Both the position numbers and the translations under genes were made by a program. A stretch of DNA of 64,000 bases from Candidatus Methanoperedenaceae archaeon (GTDB taxonomy: Archaea; Halobacteriota; Methanosarcinia; Methanosarcinales; Methanoperedenaceae), in NCBI GenBank assembly GCA_963753595.1, contig CAVWCX010000036.1, positions 96,001 to 160,000 of the forward strand, written 5' to 3'. Position 1 is the stretch's first letter, and every line of letters begins with the position of its first letter. Positions 29,966-39,714 of this stretch are shown here, one piece after another. The notes under the pieces are model-generated. The model saw nothing but the letters and a program-made list of their open reading frames with translations. It searched no databases and was not told the origin of the DNA.

Positions 29966-31360
29966 CTATGCAGTGAGTTTTGTCTGTGGGTCTGCCTCTG
30001 TTGGTCTCGATGATTTGGCTGTACCCATCGGCGCCGGTGTGCTGCTTGCCTTCTGAATTATCTGCAATAAAACTGTCTGCTCTGTGGTGAGCTTCGGCAG
30101 GCCATCCCTTTCCCTTATCTCATCCGGTGTTCTTGTAAACGACTTGACCTTCTCCGTATCTATCTGCGCCTGGAGTTTCAGTGCCCCAAGGCGTTCTGCT
30201 TCTGTCATCTCATACGGGCTATTCCATCGGATGCTCCACTCACCCGTATCCCCTGATAATCTCATAAGTACTGTTTTTAAGACACCTGATATCGCATTCT
30301 GTTTGGCTACTACTTTGCTATAGTAGGTGCTGCGATCCAACTGGCTGCCTGTTACTGCCCCCGTTGACAGGCCATACAATATTGTCTTGGGGTATTCTGT
30401 GACCCCAGCCAGTTGCTCCATCATCTTCTCGAAATATGGTGCAGGATTCAATACCGCGCCAGCCGTATTCAGGATGTTTGCTTTATAGCCGTCGGGAAAA
30501 GCAAGTACGGTTTTAGCGTTTATATCACCCAGCGAATCAAGAGCTGCCTCCCTGTCCTCTTCATTCGCATCTGGCGGCATATCTATCCCCAGTAATCCAC
30601 CGCCTACGCGCCACATGGTCTGGCCTGCACTCCACAGCATATTTTCAACTATCGTGATTATATTGTACGGTCGGTCTAATGCTGACACCCCAATACCCCA
30701 GCGGTTCTGCCTGTCACCCCAGTACTCCTGGAGTCCCGGATTCTCTATTATGATAACTCTTGACACATCAATAAGTGCACTTGTGCCAAACCTGTCTGTC
30801 AGGAGTCTGAATTGCTTTATCTTTAAAGGGAAGGTTACGAAACCATTCTTATCCGCCGTCTCATATACGACATCCTGTACCCATGTTTCGGGGATCGCCA
30901 TTATATATTCTACTTTACTTGTACTATCAGCGGGTTCGTTCAGTTCCTTATTATCCTTTATTCCCAGGAGCAGTACACTGAAGCCGTAAAGCCGTGACCA
31001 TTTCCATGCCTTGTCGAATTCTGCTCTTACCTTACTCTCATAAAGTTGTACCAGTTTCTCGGTCAGTTCCCTATCGGGATCCTCTTTTGTTAAGAACTTG
31101 TCTATGACAAACCCATTCTTCAATGCATCGTCAATGAGTTTGTCCACGATCGGACCGCCAATCCCCCGGTCATACATCTTCTTGCGGTTGGCATCTGTTA
31201 TAGTTTCGGTGAAAAGTGTATTTGTTGAAGACTTTCTCCTATTGGCGTTTGGTGTGCTATTTGGAAAGCCTGTTTTCTCTACGGTGCATACAGCGCTGTC
31301 GTTCCACAGTTTCTCCATTACATGCTTCTTTAACTCCTGCGCATCTTTGAAAACAGCCAT
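29966..31360 (-). CDS. Portal protein (DUF1073/HI1409-like)
   Basis: IVDKLIDDALKNG, WSRLYGFS, AGVTEYPKTILYG...G and TPDEIRE motifs. Confidence 0.85.
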   Translation of the reverse strand: MAVFKDAQELKKHVMEKLWNDSAVCTVEKTGFPNSTPNANRRKSSTNTLFTETITDANRKKMYDRGIGGPIVDKLIDDALKNGFVIDKFLTKEDPDRELTEKLVQLYESKVRAEFDKAWKWSRLYGFSVLLLGIKDNKELNEPADSTSKVEYIMAIPETWVQDVVYETADKNGFVTFPLKIKQFRLLTDRFGTSALIDVSRVIIIENPGLQEYWGDRQNRWGIGVSALDRPYNIITIVENMLWSAGQTMWRVGGGLLGIDMPPDANEEDREAALDSLGDINAKTVLAFPDGYKANILNTAGAVLNPAPYFEKMMEQLAGVTEYPKTILYGLSTGAVTGSQLDRSTYYSKVVAKQNAISGVLKTVLMRLSGDTGEWSIRWNSPYEMTEAERLGALKLQAQIDTEKVKSFTRTPDEIRERDGLPKLTTEQTVLLQIIQKASSTPAPMGTAKSSRPTEADPQTKLTA

Positions 31361-31377
31361 TTGATGGAGAATATACC

Positions 31378-31415
31378 CCTGTTCATATATTAAATCTAAC
31401 TTACGTATGCATTAC
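31378..31415 (-). promoter_or_regulatory. Putative late promoter, copy upstream of the portal gene
   Basis: cctgttcatatattaaatctaacttacgtatgcattac, 3 mismatches in 38 bp versus 28556..28593. Confidence 0.7.
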
Positions 31416-31466
31416 TTAAGAATTACAATAGTAATATTTATATGGGTTTAACGTGTTTAAAAGGAC

Positions 31467-31838
31467 ATGAAGAAGAAACCAATTGTAAACGAAATAACAT
31501 TTGAAGGTAAGTCCGTTGGACTTCGAAACATAGACTCACAACTTTACCACAAGTTCAGGACGAAGTGTTTGGAATTCAAGCTTGAAAACAGCCGTGGATT
31601 TGAGCAGGCAATAAAGGCGTGGCTGGCTTTAACTGGTGATGATCTATTGACGCAGGCTCCACTCAATACCATAAACCCTAAGGTACTGGCAGAATTCCGA
31701 AGACGATGCGACCAGGAGAAGCTCGACGTTACAACCGGTATCGCCAAGGCGATGGTGAACTGGATACGAAACTTCGCATTCACCGACCCTATTCCCAAAG
31801 AAATTAAGAAGCCGGGAAGGAAGCCCAAGGCGCCATGA
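31467..31838 (+). CDS. Tandem ribbon-helix-helix-like transcriptional regulator
   Basis: Two repeats (LRNIDSQLYHKFRTKC...EQAIKAWL; NTINPKVLAEFRRRC...AKAMVNWI); divergent from the portal gene. Confidence 0.6.
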   Translation: MKKKPIVNEITFEGKSVGLRNIDSQLYHKFRTKCLEFKLENSRGFEQAIKAWLALTGDDLLTQAPLNTINPKVLAEFRRRCDQEKLDVTTGIAKAMVNWIRNFAFTDPIPKEIKKPGRKPKAP

Positions 31839-32233
31839 TAGCAATGGACTCCGTTGCTATCTATTATGCAATCTGGTTACTCGCAGTCGTGTCACTTGTT
31901 GGCACTTACCTGAACATCAAGAAGCAGAAGATATGCTTCGTGATATGGGGAGTTACAAACGCACTCTGGGTGTTGTATGATTTTTCGATGGGCGCAATTG
32001 CACAGGCTGCATTGATGTTATGTTACTTTGTGCTCGCTGTGCATGGTTTCTATGAGTGGAAAAAAGGAACAACGACGAGCTATATAAAAATATATGACGG
32101 CAGGAATGTTATAGCAGGCGCACTCGTGCCAGTTGAGAAGGAAAAGATCGTCGGATTGACCACAGCACAAGCAGCACAACTTGGCAACGTGTTCAGTCGG
32201 CATGGTGTCCTGAATGAAACGGGTGAGGAGTAA
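31835..32233 (+). CDS. PnuC-like small membrane protein
   Basis: SLVGTYLNIKK..CFVIW..N..W...GFYEWK pattern. Confidence 0.55.
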   Translation: MIAMDSVAIYYAIWLLAVVSLVGTYLNIKKQKICFVIWGVTNALWVLYDFSMGAIAQAALMLCYFVLAVHGFYEWKKGTTTSYIKIYDGRNVIAGALVPVEKEKIVGLTTAQAAQLGNVFSRHGVLNETGEE

Positions 32234-32970
32234 TGTTCAAGGCAAGCATCACTTCCCAGAAACTTGTTGAGTGTATTGATGCTCTCAAGGCTCTCGTAGC
32301 TGAGGCAGAATTCTCCATGAAGCCCGAAGGGATCTCTGTGGCTGCAGTTGACGCATCGAATGTGGCAATGGTCACCTTAGACCTGGCCTCGAAAGCATTT
32401 GAATCATATGAAGCTACGGAAATGGTGCTTGGTATTGACCTGAAGAAGATGGGGGGAGTTCTCGAAATGTCTGTTAAGGATGAGATCGTTGGGCTTGAGG
32501 TTGATGAGGTGAGTCATAAGTTCATAATCAAAATGAGGGGGCTTGCATATACTATGAGCTTGCTCGATCCTGCCAGCATCCGCAAGTTATCAAAGATAGC
32601 AAAACTTGATCTCCCTGGCAGTGTGACGTTTCGTGGTGAAGACTTGCGCCGCGGGATCAAGGCGGTAGATAAGGTCGGGGATTATGCCTATATTGGTATC
32701 TCAGGCAAGGGTTTCTTCATCGAAGGCATAGGGGATACGGATGCTGTCAAACTTGAGCTTACCCGTGATCAGGTTATTGACATGAGATTTGCAGATGTTA
32801 AGGCCATGTTCTCACTCGATTATCTCCTCAATATCAGTAAAGTATCCAGTAAAGCCGCCGAAGTTACCCTTGAGTTAGGCACGGACTTTCCCCTGCGTAT
32901 TAAGCATAAAGTGGCTGATGGTAATGGGGATATGATGTACATTCTGGCACCCAGGGTTGAGAGTTCGTGA
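32233..32970 (+). CDS. pcn: PCNA sliding clamp
   Basis: 245 aa; AVDASNVAMV, FSLDYL and YILAPRVES. Confidence 0.95.
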   Translation: MFKASITSQKLVECIDALKALVAEAEFSMKPEGISVAAVDASNVAMVTLDLASKAFESYEATEMVLGIDLKKMGGVLEMSVKDEIVGLEVDEVSHKFIIKMRGLAYTMSLLDPASIRKLSKIAKLDLPGSVTFRGEDLRRGIKAVDKVGDYAYIGISGKGFFIEGIGDTDAVKLELTRDQVIDMRFADVKAMFSLDYLLNISKVSSKAAEVTLELGTDFPLRIKHKVADGNGDMMYILAPRVESS

Positions 32971-32971
32971 G

Positions 32972-33799
32972 ATGAGATTTAAACCTGTAGATCCAGCTGA
33001 CCTGCCGGACTCTACCCCTATCACTCCCGCAGCATCCGGCTGTATTGCCAAAATAGTGGTGGATAAGCGCGAGATGCGCTGTGCGGTCTCAAAGGAAATA
33101 GACAGGATGCGGGTTGACCTGAAGGATCACAGGTTATTCTCATTGCCATATGGCCAATTCCCGGACGCAAAGACCAGTGCCGGTATTGACCTTGAGTTCA
33201 GAACGCTTTCTATCGCAGACTATGTGCTGAGTGACAGGGTCGGAGTCGAGCGAAAGACTACTGATGACTTCCTCAAAACACTTCTCGAACGGCACGAATT
33301 ATTCTCGCAGCTCATGGACTTGAAGATGGCATATAAGCGACCGCTTCTTGTTGTGGAAGGCGAGGGGGGCCAGAATGCGCTTTTTACTACCAGGATGATT
33401 GATCCTGCATCTATCTGGGGGATACTCGAAGCCATCACCATTGGCTTCCATATCCCGATCCTTTATACTAACGACTGTGCTGAAACTGCCCGGATACTTT
33501 GCCAGATTGCTGTGAGGCAGCAGACGCATGAAAGGCGACCGATATCGCTACATGGGAAGCGCAGTCATATGACTCGTAAGCAACTGCAGGAGTATGTTAT
33601 TTCATCTATACCCGATGTAGGACCCGTGGCTGCTGAACGCTTACTCAGGCAGTTTGGGAGTGTTGAAGGTGTTATTAATGCCACAAAAAAGGATTTGCTC
33701 GGAGTTGACCGGATAGGGCCGAAGATCGCTGAAAAGATGCGAATGCTGTTGAGTGCTGAGTATGTTTCAGAAGAAAGAGGCAAGCATGCACAAACCTAA
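32972..33799 (+). CDS. ERCC4/XPF-family endonuclease with HhH2 (Hef C-terminal-like)
   Basis: ADYVLSDRVGVERKT..DF; IPDVGP and VDRIGPKIAE HhH motifs; start taken at MRFKP. Confidence 0.9.
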   Translation: MRFKPVDPADLPDSTPITPAASGCIAKIVVDKREMRCAVSKEIDRMRVDLKDHRLFSLPYGQFPDAKTSAGIDLEFRTLSIADYVLSDRVGVERKTTDDFLKTLLERHELFSQLMDLKMAYKRPLLVVEGEGGQNALFTTRMIDPASIWGILEAITIGFHIPILYTNDCAETARILCQIAVRQQTHERRPISLHGKRSHMTRKQLQEYVISSIPDVGPVAAERLLRQFGSVEGVINATKKDLLGVDRIGPKIAEKMRMLLSAEYVSEERGKHAQT

Positions 33800-34199
33800 G
33801 AAACTCACAACCACCATTACCCGCGCCGCCTTTGCCGAAAAGATGAAGCAGGTTGCAGAGAGCGGGCACTTTTATGAATACAAATGTATCACTGCCTTTT
33901 GGACTTGCCGTATTGAAGGGGTAAAGCTACCTGCAGAGATCGTGCTTCTTGTGGGTCAGTCGCCTTACAGATTCACTGCCGTTTCAATTGAAAGGGTTGA
34001 GATCTCCACGATTCCTGAATATGCGCGCGAGATATTGTCAAAGATTTCCAGTCCTGGTGATGGGCTGGTGTATGTGTACAGTATCAAATGCAAACCAATA
34101 ATCATACCACGGGGGCCAGCCCCTGCAAAACAGCTTCAAATCGGGTCATTCGCGCTCACACCCGTAGAACCGGACTGCGAGGAGACTGAGACATGTTAA
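33786..34199 (+). CDS. Hypothetical protein, possibly ASCH/PUA-like
   Basis: YEYK....W..RIEG pattern; weak. Confidence 0.4.
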   Translation: MHKPKKLTTTITRAAFAEKMKQVAESGHFYEYKCITAFWTCRIEGVKLPAEIVLLVGQSPYRFTAVSIERVEISTIPEYAREILSKISSPGDGLVYVYSIKCKPIIIPRGPAPAKQLQIGSFALTPVEPDCEETETC

Positions 34200-34552
34200 T
34201 GGTAGCTATCATCACATGGGGCGGGGACTTTGTACTACAGCAAGTGGCATCACGAGAAGAAGTAGTGCGTCTCAAGAAAGCGCTTTCGAACGTGTCAGGA
34301 CCCAAGAGAGACAGGGATTTCGTCTTCCATGAAGGTAATCTTCTGTGCCCGGTGACGCTTGACCGCACACACAGGCAGCTCTCTGAAGATGAGACAATTG
34401 AGTTCCTGAGGGGTGAAGCGTGGCCCAAGCTGGTTGAGGAAGGGAGGATTAAGATGAAAAACGGAAAACCGATCCTTATTCGTGAGGGTATAGAACAACC
34501 GCAGACGGGTGGAGTGACAGTGACCCAGGCGCTTCGAGATGCTTTTGGGTGA
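34193..34552 (+). CDS. Hypothetical protein
   Basis: Coupled ORF at the end of the PCNA operon. Confidence 0.55.
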   Translation: MLMVAIITWGGDFVLQQVASREEVVRLKKALSNVSGPKRDRDFVFHEGNLLCPVTLDRTHRQLSEDETIEFLRGEAWPKLVEEGRIKMKNGKPILIREGIEQPQTGGVTVTQALRDAFG

Positions 34553-34681
34553 GTGAATTGTCCAATCCCGTTCCCGCAAATCCCCGTTAGCATCTTGCTA
34601 CCCCTTGACCCCACGCTCAGAAAAGTTGCTTAATGTACTCTGAAAATCCAAGCAGGGCAGGTTTCTCTGCCCTGACCCACT

Positions 34682-35068
34682 TTAAACCGTTTTTAGTTTC
34701 TTTGATGTCTTGGCTTTCTGCTTTTTGCTCGGTGCAGGCAATTCAGGTGTAGATTCGGGCGCAGGCAGCTTATCGCTGGCACATTCAGGGCACAAGCAGT
34801 CGTCGTCTTCCGGGGCTGCGTTATGCAAATCTTGGTAATCGGTGTAAACCCACAATTTCGCTAATTCAAGGGCTGCAAGAATGTCCCCGAAAGTGGAATC
34901 TTCATCAGAAATGAGGTCATAGATTTCCTCCGCGAGCGTATATTTTTCATCACATTCCGAGCAGGAGCAGGATGCATTTTCATCGCCCTCTTTTTCTACC
35001 ACTTTACCTTTGCCACGGAAAAATTCGTGGTCTATCATATTTCTGATCTCTTCGGTTTTTCCAAACAC
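34682..35068 (-). CDS. Acidic Cys-containing hypothetical protein
   Basis: CSCSEC and CLCPEC motifs; start uncertain. Confidence 0.5.
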   Translation of the reverse strand: MFGKTEEIRNMIDHEFFRGKGKVVEKEGDENASCSCSECDEKYTLAEEIYDLISDEDSTFGDILAALELAKLWVYTDYQDLHNAAPEDDDCLCPECASDKLPAPESTPELPAPSKKQKAKTSKKLKTV

Positions 35069-35208
35069 TTCAACGCCATCGTTTGAAAATACCGCTATGC
35101 CATACGATTCAGGGAATAGCCGTTCAATACATTCAGCGAGTTCGGTTGTTCGCTATTCGAGTGTTAATTCGGCTTTTTTCGGTTTCTGTGCTTTGGTTGT
35201 TTTCATAT

Positions 35209-36141
35209 TTATTCCTCGCTTTTGTTATTGCTTTCAGGATTAGCGGGCGCTGGTTCGAATTGTGGGACAATGGGCGGGCTTAACAATGCGGATTTGTTCG
35301 TACCACGATGTAAATTGCCTTCTTTATCCATTGTGTACTCTGAACCACAACCGCCTTGGGTCGTGTATTTACATCTATATAATTGATACTCTTCCCCGTC
35401 AATCTTATTTTTTCCCATTCGCCCCATTTTTATACCCTTCCCGCATGGGCATAATGGATTATTACTGCCCTTAGTGTTCTCGATAAAGTTGCCGTCATCA
35501 CCTACATAATATGTTTTTCCACATCCATCATGGGATAAATAGCAATGATATGACCCCCCACCCTTGTTTAACTTATAGTCCATTTTCTTCCCACATGAAG
35601 GACATTTTCGTTTTGTAGTTTGTTTTGTGATTTCAGGTATTGTCGGAGGTTCTATTTCATCCCGTCCAGAAATAACCTCTTGAAGTGTGGTTTTACCCAC
35701 CCCGCCCATGCTGGACATTATTTCAGACGCGACCTTAATACTATTACTGTCGTCCACGGCGTTTGATCTTGGTTTGAGGGCTTCAACCTCTTGCCTGAGT
35801 TGAGTCATTTCTTTTCTCAACTGTTGCATAGCCTCAGCTTTTACAAAACCCTTAGACTGCAATTCTTCCCTGAGTTGTCTTACCTGATCTTCATATGAAA
35901 GATTCCGAGTTCTAAATCTCGATACCTTGTTTGAAATCACGCTGGGGAATTTAGTTTTCAATAATTCGAGGATTTTATCGTTTGTAATCCAGAACCGTGT
36001 TTCATCTCTTTCTATATGGCATTGTATAAGGAATTCCAACTGCCCTGCAAGATTATTCCGAAACTCTGACCCCGTGAATATAAGGTACGGGAGCGATTGC
36101 TCAATTATGTAATCTAAAGCCAATTCAAATCTGCTGTCCAT
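35209..36141 (-). CDS. Coiled-coil protein with two C-terminal Zn ribbons, downstream of ParA
   Basis: CPSCG...C....DGCG and CPCG...C.....GGCG repeats. Confidence 0.7.
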   Translation of the reverse strand: MDSRFELALDYIIEQSLPYLIFTGSEFRNNLAGQLEFLIQCHIERDETRFWITNDKILELLKTKFPSVISNKVSRFRTRNLSYEDQVRQLREELQSKGFVKAEAMQQLRKEMTQLRQEVEALKPRSNAVDDSNSIKVASEIMSSMGGVGKTTLQEVISGRDEIEPPTIPEITKQTTKRKCPSCGKKMDYKLNKGGGSYHCYLSHDGCGKTYYVGDDGNFIENTKGSNNPLCPCGKGIKMGRMGKNKIDGEEYQLYRCKYTTQGGCGSEYTMDKEGNLHRGTNKSALLSPPIVPQFEPAPANPESNNKSEE

Positions 36142-36168
36142 TTTTTTCTCTCTCCCGTACTTCCTTAC

Positions 36169-37269
36169 TTACTCCGCGTGTTCTGGTGCTGGTTGTTCTG
36201 TGAATACAGGCGACCCGATGCTGGTTTGTATGTGTTCGGGTTCGGCAAGGGATTCGAATACGGGTGTTTTGATTCTGATCTCTTTGCTCTGTATGTCTTC
36301 TTGAAGTTTTAAAAGTTTGCCGTCCAACAGGTCAAATGTTTCCGATCGTAATATCTCGAATATAACTTTTCGGTCTGTGCTTTTGAACCGGAATAGTAAC
36401 TCATTACTTAGACTGAAATATTCGGTTTTGCTTCCTGTAAATCCAGCTACTTTCTTACGTTCTTTCGGGTTTTCTCTTACGGCGTTATCACAAACGAAAT
36501 CCCCGAAAACGTCCTTTAAAATCCGATATACTTTATTTCGGACACCATTTGAGTCTTTGACAGATAGATCGTTTTGGTACTTAACCACGGCAAGGGTTAC
36601 TTGCGGGATTTTTAGATTGTGCTGTTCGACCTGTGTGCGTATCCATGATAAGAGCGTTCGCATTCCAAGTGCCGCATCAATACTATCTATCGGGATAATA
36701 ATTTCATCGGCAACGCTACATGCCAGCGTATTTAATTTGTTTCCTTCGATTGCAGGCGCGGTATCCATGATAATTAAGTCGAAGTATTGTTTATAAAAGT
36801 CAATGTTGGTCTTAAACCAATTAAAAATATTCGTATTGGAAGCGGTCGTATAAGTTTTCTGGCTGAATTTATTGAATGTGTTTTCCGCATCCATTTCAGC
36901 TTCATGACTTCCCGGCATTAATCCAATATGTCCCGGTCTGACGATTGAGTTATTCATTCTTTTTAAACTGGAATAATGCAGCATTTTTATTAACTTGCGG
37001 TCAGGTTCTTCCCGGTAATTCATGAATAGAGAATTTAATCGATGGCCTTCAATCAAATCATCTGACATTCCCAATCTTTGACTTAAATTCGATTGCGGGT
37101 CATTATCCCAAAACAAAACTGACCCTCCGCTTCTGGCTTTTATCATGCCTAAAGCAGTTGCGGTAGATGTTTTTCCTACGCCGCCTTTATTATTTACAAC
37201 GATTACTATTTTCGATTGTGCTATTCTCTCCGGCGGGAGTCGTATAATTAATTCTTCGTTCTTCTTCAT
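36169..37269 (-). CDS. parA: ParA/Soj-family ATPase
   Basis: NNKGGVGKTS, DNDPQSNLS, IMDTAP and ADEIIIP. Confidence 0.9.
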   Translation of the reverse strand: MKKNEELIIRLPPERIAQSKIVIVVNNKGGVGKTSTATALGMIKARSGGSVLFWDNDPQSNLSQRLGMSDDLIEGHRLNSLFMNYREEPDRKLIKMLHYSSLKRMNNSIVRPGHIGLMPGSHEAEMDAENTFNKFSQKTYTTASNTNIFNWFKTNIDFYKQYFDLIIMDTAPAIEGNKLNTLACSVADEIIIPIDSIDAALGMRTLLSWIRTQVEQHNLKIPQVTLAVVKYQNDLSVKDSNGVRNKVYRILKDVFGDFVCDNAVRENPKERKKVAGFTGSKTEYFSLSNELLFRFKSTDRKVIFEILRSETFDLLDGKLLKLQEDIQSKEIRIKTPVFESLAEPEHIQTSIGSPVFTEQPAPEHAE

Positions 37270-37432
37270 ATTTAATTCACATCTTTGGGGTTTTTGCCAA
37301 GAGGTATATGAGATAGTGTTATTATTTATAGCTTTGCAATAAAAACGGTAAAACGGGTCGAGTTGTAAAAAATGTTAAAAATAGGGTGTTTTTCAGAAGA
37401 TAATCGTCAGAAATGACTAAAATGGTAAGGAC

Positions 37433-37822
37433 TTATCCTATATCCAAATCTTCTTTTGGGTATCCAAGGGCGACCAACGCTTTCTCAACAGCATCACGGA
37501 TTACCTTTTCTTCCTCGTCACTGATTTCCTGATTTGCCCTGTCTGCTTCTATAATGACGTTGAAATCATAAGACGTATGCGTATTTTCATATTCTTCCAA
37601 AGCCGTTTCTTCTTCCTTAGTAAGTCGCCCTGACCACCGTGCTTTTTTCTTAATCAGGGACATTCGCTCCCTGTAATAATTAGCCTCTTTTTCAGTGGGT
37701 TTCGCGCCCTTCCTGATTTTTTCTTGAATATTTAAAACGTCTTTGATATTCATAATCTGCCGCCTCTTGAACAAGTCGATTTTTCCGGGCGCGTCGGCTT
37801 TTAATATTGAGGGATATCCCAA
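37433..37822 (-). CDS. Hypothetical protein
   Basis: ORF track; true start may be the internal MNIKD. Confidence 0.5.
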   Translation of the reverse strand: MGYPSILKADAPGKIDLFKRRQIMNIKDVLNIQEKIRKGAKPTEKEANYYRERMSLIKKKARWSGRLTKEEETALEEYENTHTSYDFNVIIEADRANQEISDEEEKVIRDAVEKALVALGYPKEDLDIG

Positions 37823-38074
37823 TACTTATCCCTAAAATTTGTAATAAGCCCTACCCTGCGGTCAACCTCTTCTTGTGGGCAGCAGAGCTGCGGAGTATTA
37901 TGAATTAGTCATAAATTCAGTAATCGATATCCCAATTTTCTAAAAAAATTTTGGCGACGATCCAACTATAATAAAAAACTCGTTTTTCTAAAGTTTCCGA
38001 CCAACAAAAAACGCTAGGCATCACGGGCAACCAACATACAATAAACCCCAACCCACTGGCAAAAAAAATAACAA

Positions 38075-38254
38075 CTACTCCGGCTCTTCAGGGCCCAGGA
38101 ACTCATTCCAGCACTTATCAGAGCAGATGCCGGTTATCAACTGTTCACGTTCCCACGGTTTGGAGTTCGGGAACTGTTCCTGGACAGGTCTGTCATTGAA
38201 CCTATCAAGCACGGTATCGTATACCTGATGACAATTCGGACACTGTCGTCTCAT
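38075..38254 (-). CDS. Small Zn-finger protein (59 aa, MRRQCPNCHQ...CSDKCW)
   Basis: Hand-translated; ATGA overlap with the upstream ORF. Confidence 0.6.
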   Translation of the reverse strand: MRRQCPNCHQVYDTVLDRFNDRPVQEQFPNSKPWEREQLITGICSDKCWNEFLGPEEPE

Positions 38255-38388
38255 AGTTCAACCACGCTCCCGCATAGTGAACAAAGACCGACGCTTCGAT
38301 ACTCAACCTCTATTCCGTTTCTGACTGCTTCGTTATAGCTGAGCAAACGGTTATCACCGCACTCTTTACAAGTCTTCTCATTGTTCAT
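38251..38388 (-). CDS. Small Zn-finger protein (45 aa, MNNEKTCKECG...CSLCG)
   Basis: Hand-translated; GGAGG SD and conserved promoter directly upstream. Confidence 0.6.
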   Translation of the reverse strand: MNNEKTCKECGDNRLLSYNEAVRNGIEVEYRSVGLCSLCGSVVEL

Positions 38389-38399
38389 ATTGATCCTCC

Positions 38400-38447
38400 G
38401 AACTATCGATACTTCGATAATTCGCCCACGATAATTTTATATAAAAA
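38400..38447 (-). promoter_or_regulatory. Class-1 promoter/palindrome cassette, copy 1
   Basis: GAACTATCGA-tact-TCGATAATTC followed by AATTTTATATAAAA. Confidence 0.7.
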
Positions 38448-38847
38448 CCAGACAACAAACCGCCAGCATGCAGCGCACGATCATTCCCTGGCCGGGCTTT
38501 AGCACCATTATTCCGACGTCAACATACGGCACGCCGTTCCCTGAAAGAAGATATGCTTGAAAAAGCGATGGATATAGTATGCTTTGGAAGCAATTTGGGT
38601 ATAATCTTGGAAAAATGCTATTTAAGCATATACCAATAATTGAATGCGTAGAGGATAATACATAACGCTTTACAAGATTCCCACCTATCCTATCCACAAT
38701 CTATCCAAGAATTCTTGAAATCCTCTACCTTTTCTATTCATATATTAGATTGATTCATTCTATTAACACTCATGCACTGCCATGATTCCAGTGGCAAAAA
38801 AAAAAATGCCTGAAAAAGCCTGATGGACCCTTTCTAGCCTAAATCCT

Positions 38848-39093
38848 TCATACTGGCACCCACTTGTATCCATATGACACACCGCCGGGCAGAAGATCCA
38901 GGACCACGTTATCGCAGGCTTTTGGATCGTTGAACACAAGCATGCGCCTGAAACCGTTGCAGCATTTGTCAGCGTCTTCCTTGAAAAACCATGTATGGTT
39001 GCCTGACTTGCATTTGTGGGTCATACTCTCATCTCGCGCTGGAACTCTTCGAATGGCTTTGCCTCCTCTCCTGAAAGGATGGCCTTCATGCAA
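38848..39093 (-). CDS. Small hypothetical protein
   Basis: Cys-rich; likely start at the internal MTHKCKSG. Confidence 0.45.
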   Translation of the reverse strand: MHEGHPFRRGGKAIRRVPARDESMTHKCKSGNHTWFFKEDADKCCNGFRRMLVFNDPKACDNVVLDLLPGGVSYGYKWVPV

Positions 39094-39157
39094 TAGTCAC
39101 CATACTTTTCCCTGAGCACCTGGTCTTTATACGCCAAAAGATAATTGGGCATGGAGA

Positions 39158-39583
39158 TCATACCTCCACATGCAGCTCTTTTGCGATAGTATCATAACTT
39201 GCCTTCACAAGATCTGGATGCTCGGTAACAAGCTGGTTCATCCGTCTGCATGCTTCGATGATCATGGCCCGTTTGATCATATCCACGAGCAAGAAGCGAT
39301 GGCAATTACCCACGCGCTCAAAGCATACAAGATACACATCTTTAGTCTTTGCAAGCTCTCCGATCCTTAGCATCTCGACCTTGCATTTCGGATTATCCAT
39401 CTCCCTCAAAAACCTTGAGATATATCCATCCCAGGTCATCTTTCCCGCTTTATACTCTTTCAGCATATCCCACGAAGGAGATAGCACGCTTCCAGCCCTG
39501 CGCGTTACATCAATCAATACCGCATCTGGATCCGCTCTTCTTACATTCTCAACATTTCCCAAGTATGTTTCTTTTAAACTCAT
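39158..39583 (-). CDS. DUF488-family protein
   Basis: LSPSWDML...WDGY..RF..EM...LVCFE...CHR. Confidence 0.75.
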   Translation of the reverse strand: MSLKETYLGNVENVRRADPDAVLIDVTRRAGSVLSPSWDMLKEYKAGKMTWDGYISRFLREMDNPKCKVEMLRIGELAKTKDVYLVCFERVGNCHRFLLVDMIKRAMIIEACRRMNQLVTEHPDLVKASYDTIAKELHVEV

Positions 39584-39593
39584 ATCAAATCAC

Positions 39594-39641
39594 GAACTAT
39601 CGAACCTTCGATAATTCACTCCTCACAATTTTATTTAAAAA
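39594..39641 (-). promoter_or_regulatory. Class-1 promoter/palindrome cassette, copy 2
   Basis: GAACTATCGA-acct-TCGATAATTC followed by AATTTTATTTAAAA. Confidence 0.7.
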
Positions 39642-39714
39642 TAGAATAATATGAAAGCAGAACTCAAACTTGCGGCTTATTTTTCAACGTATATTGAATG
39701 GTTAATTATTTATC

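Larger units (their letters stand above)
118..31360 (-). mobile_element. Head-tail (Caudoviricetes-like) archaeal virus morphogenesis module, proviral or extrachromosomal
   Basis: Co-oriented portal, DUF2213 protease, decoration protein, HK97-like capsid, adaptor, Dit, tail tube, chaperone, giant TMP-position protein, hub and fibres. Element boundaries are not visible. Confidence 0.85.
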
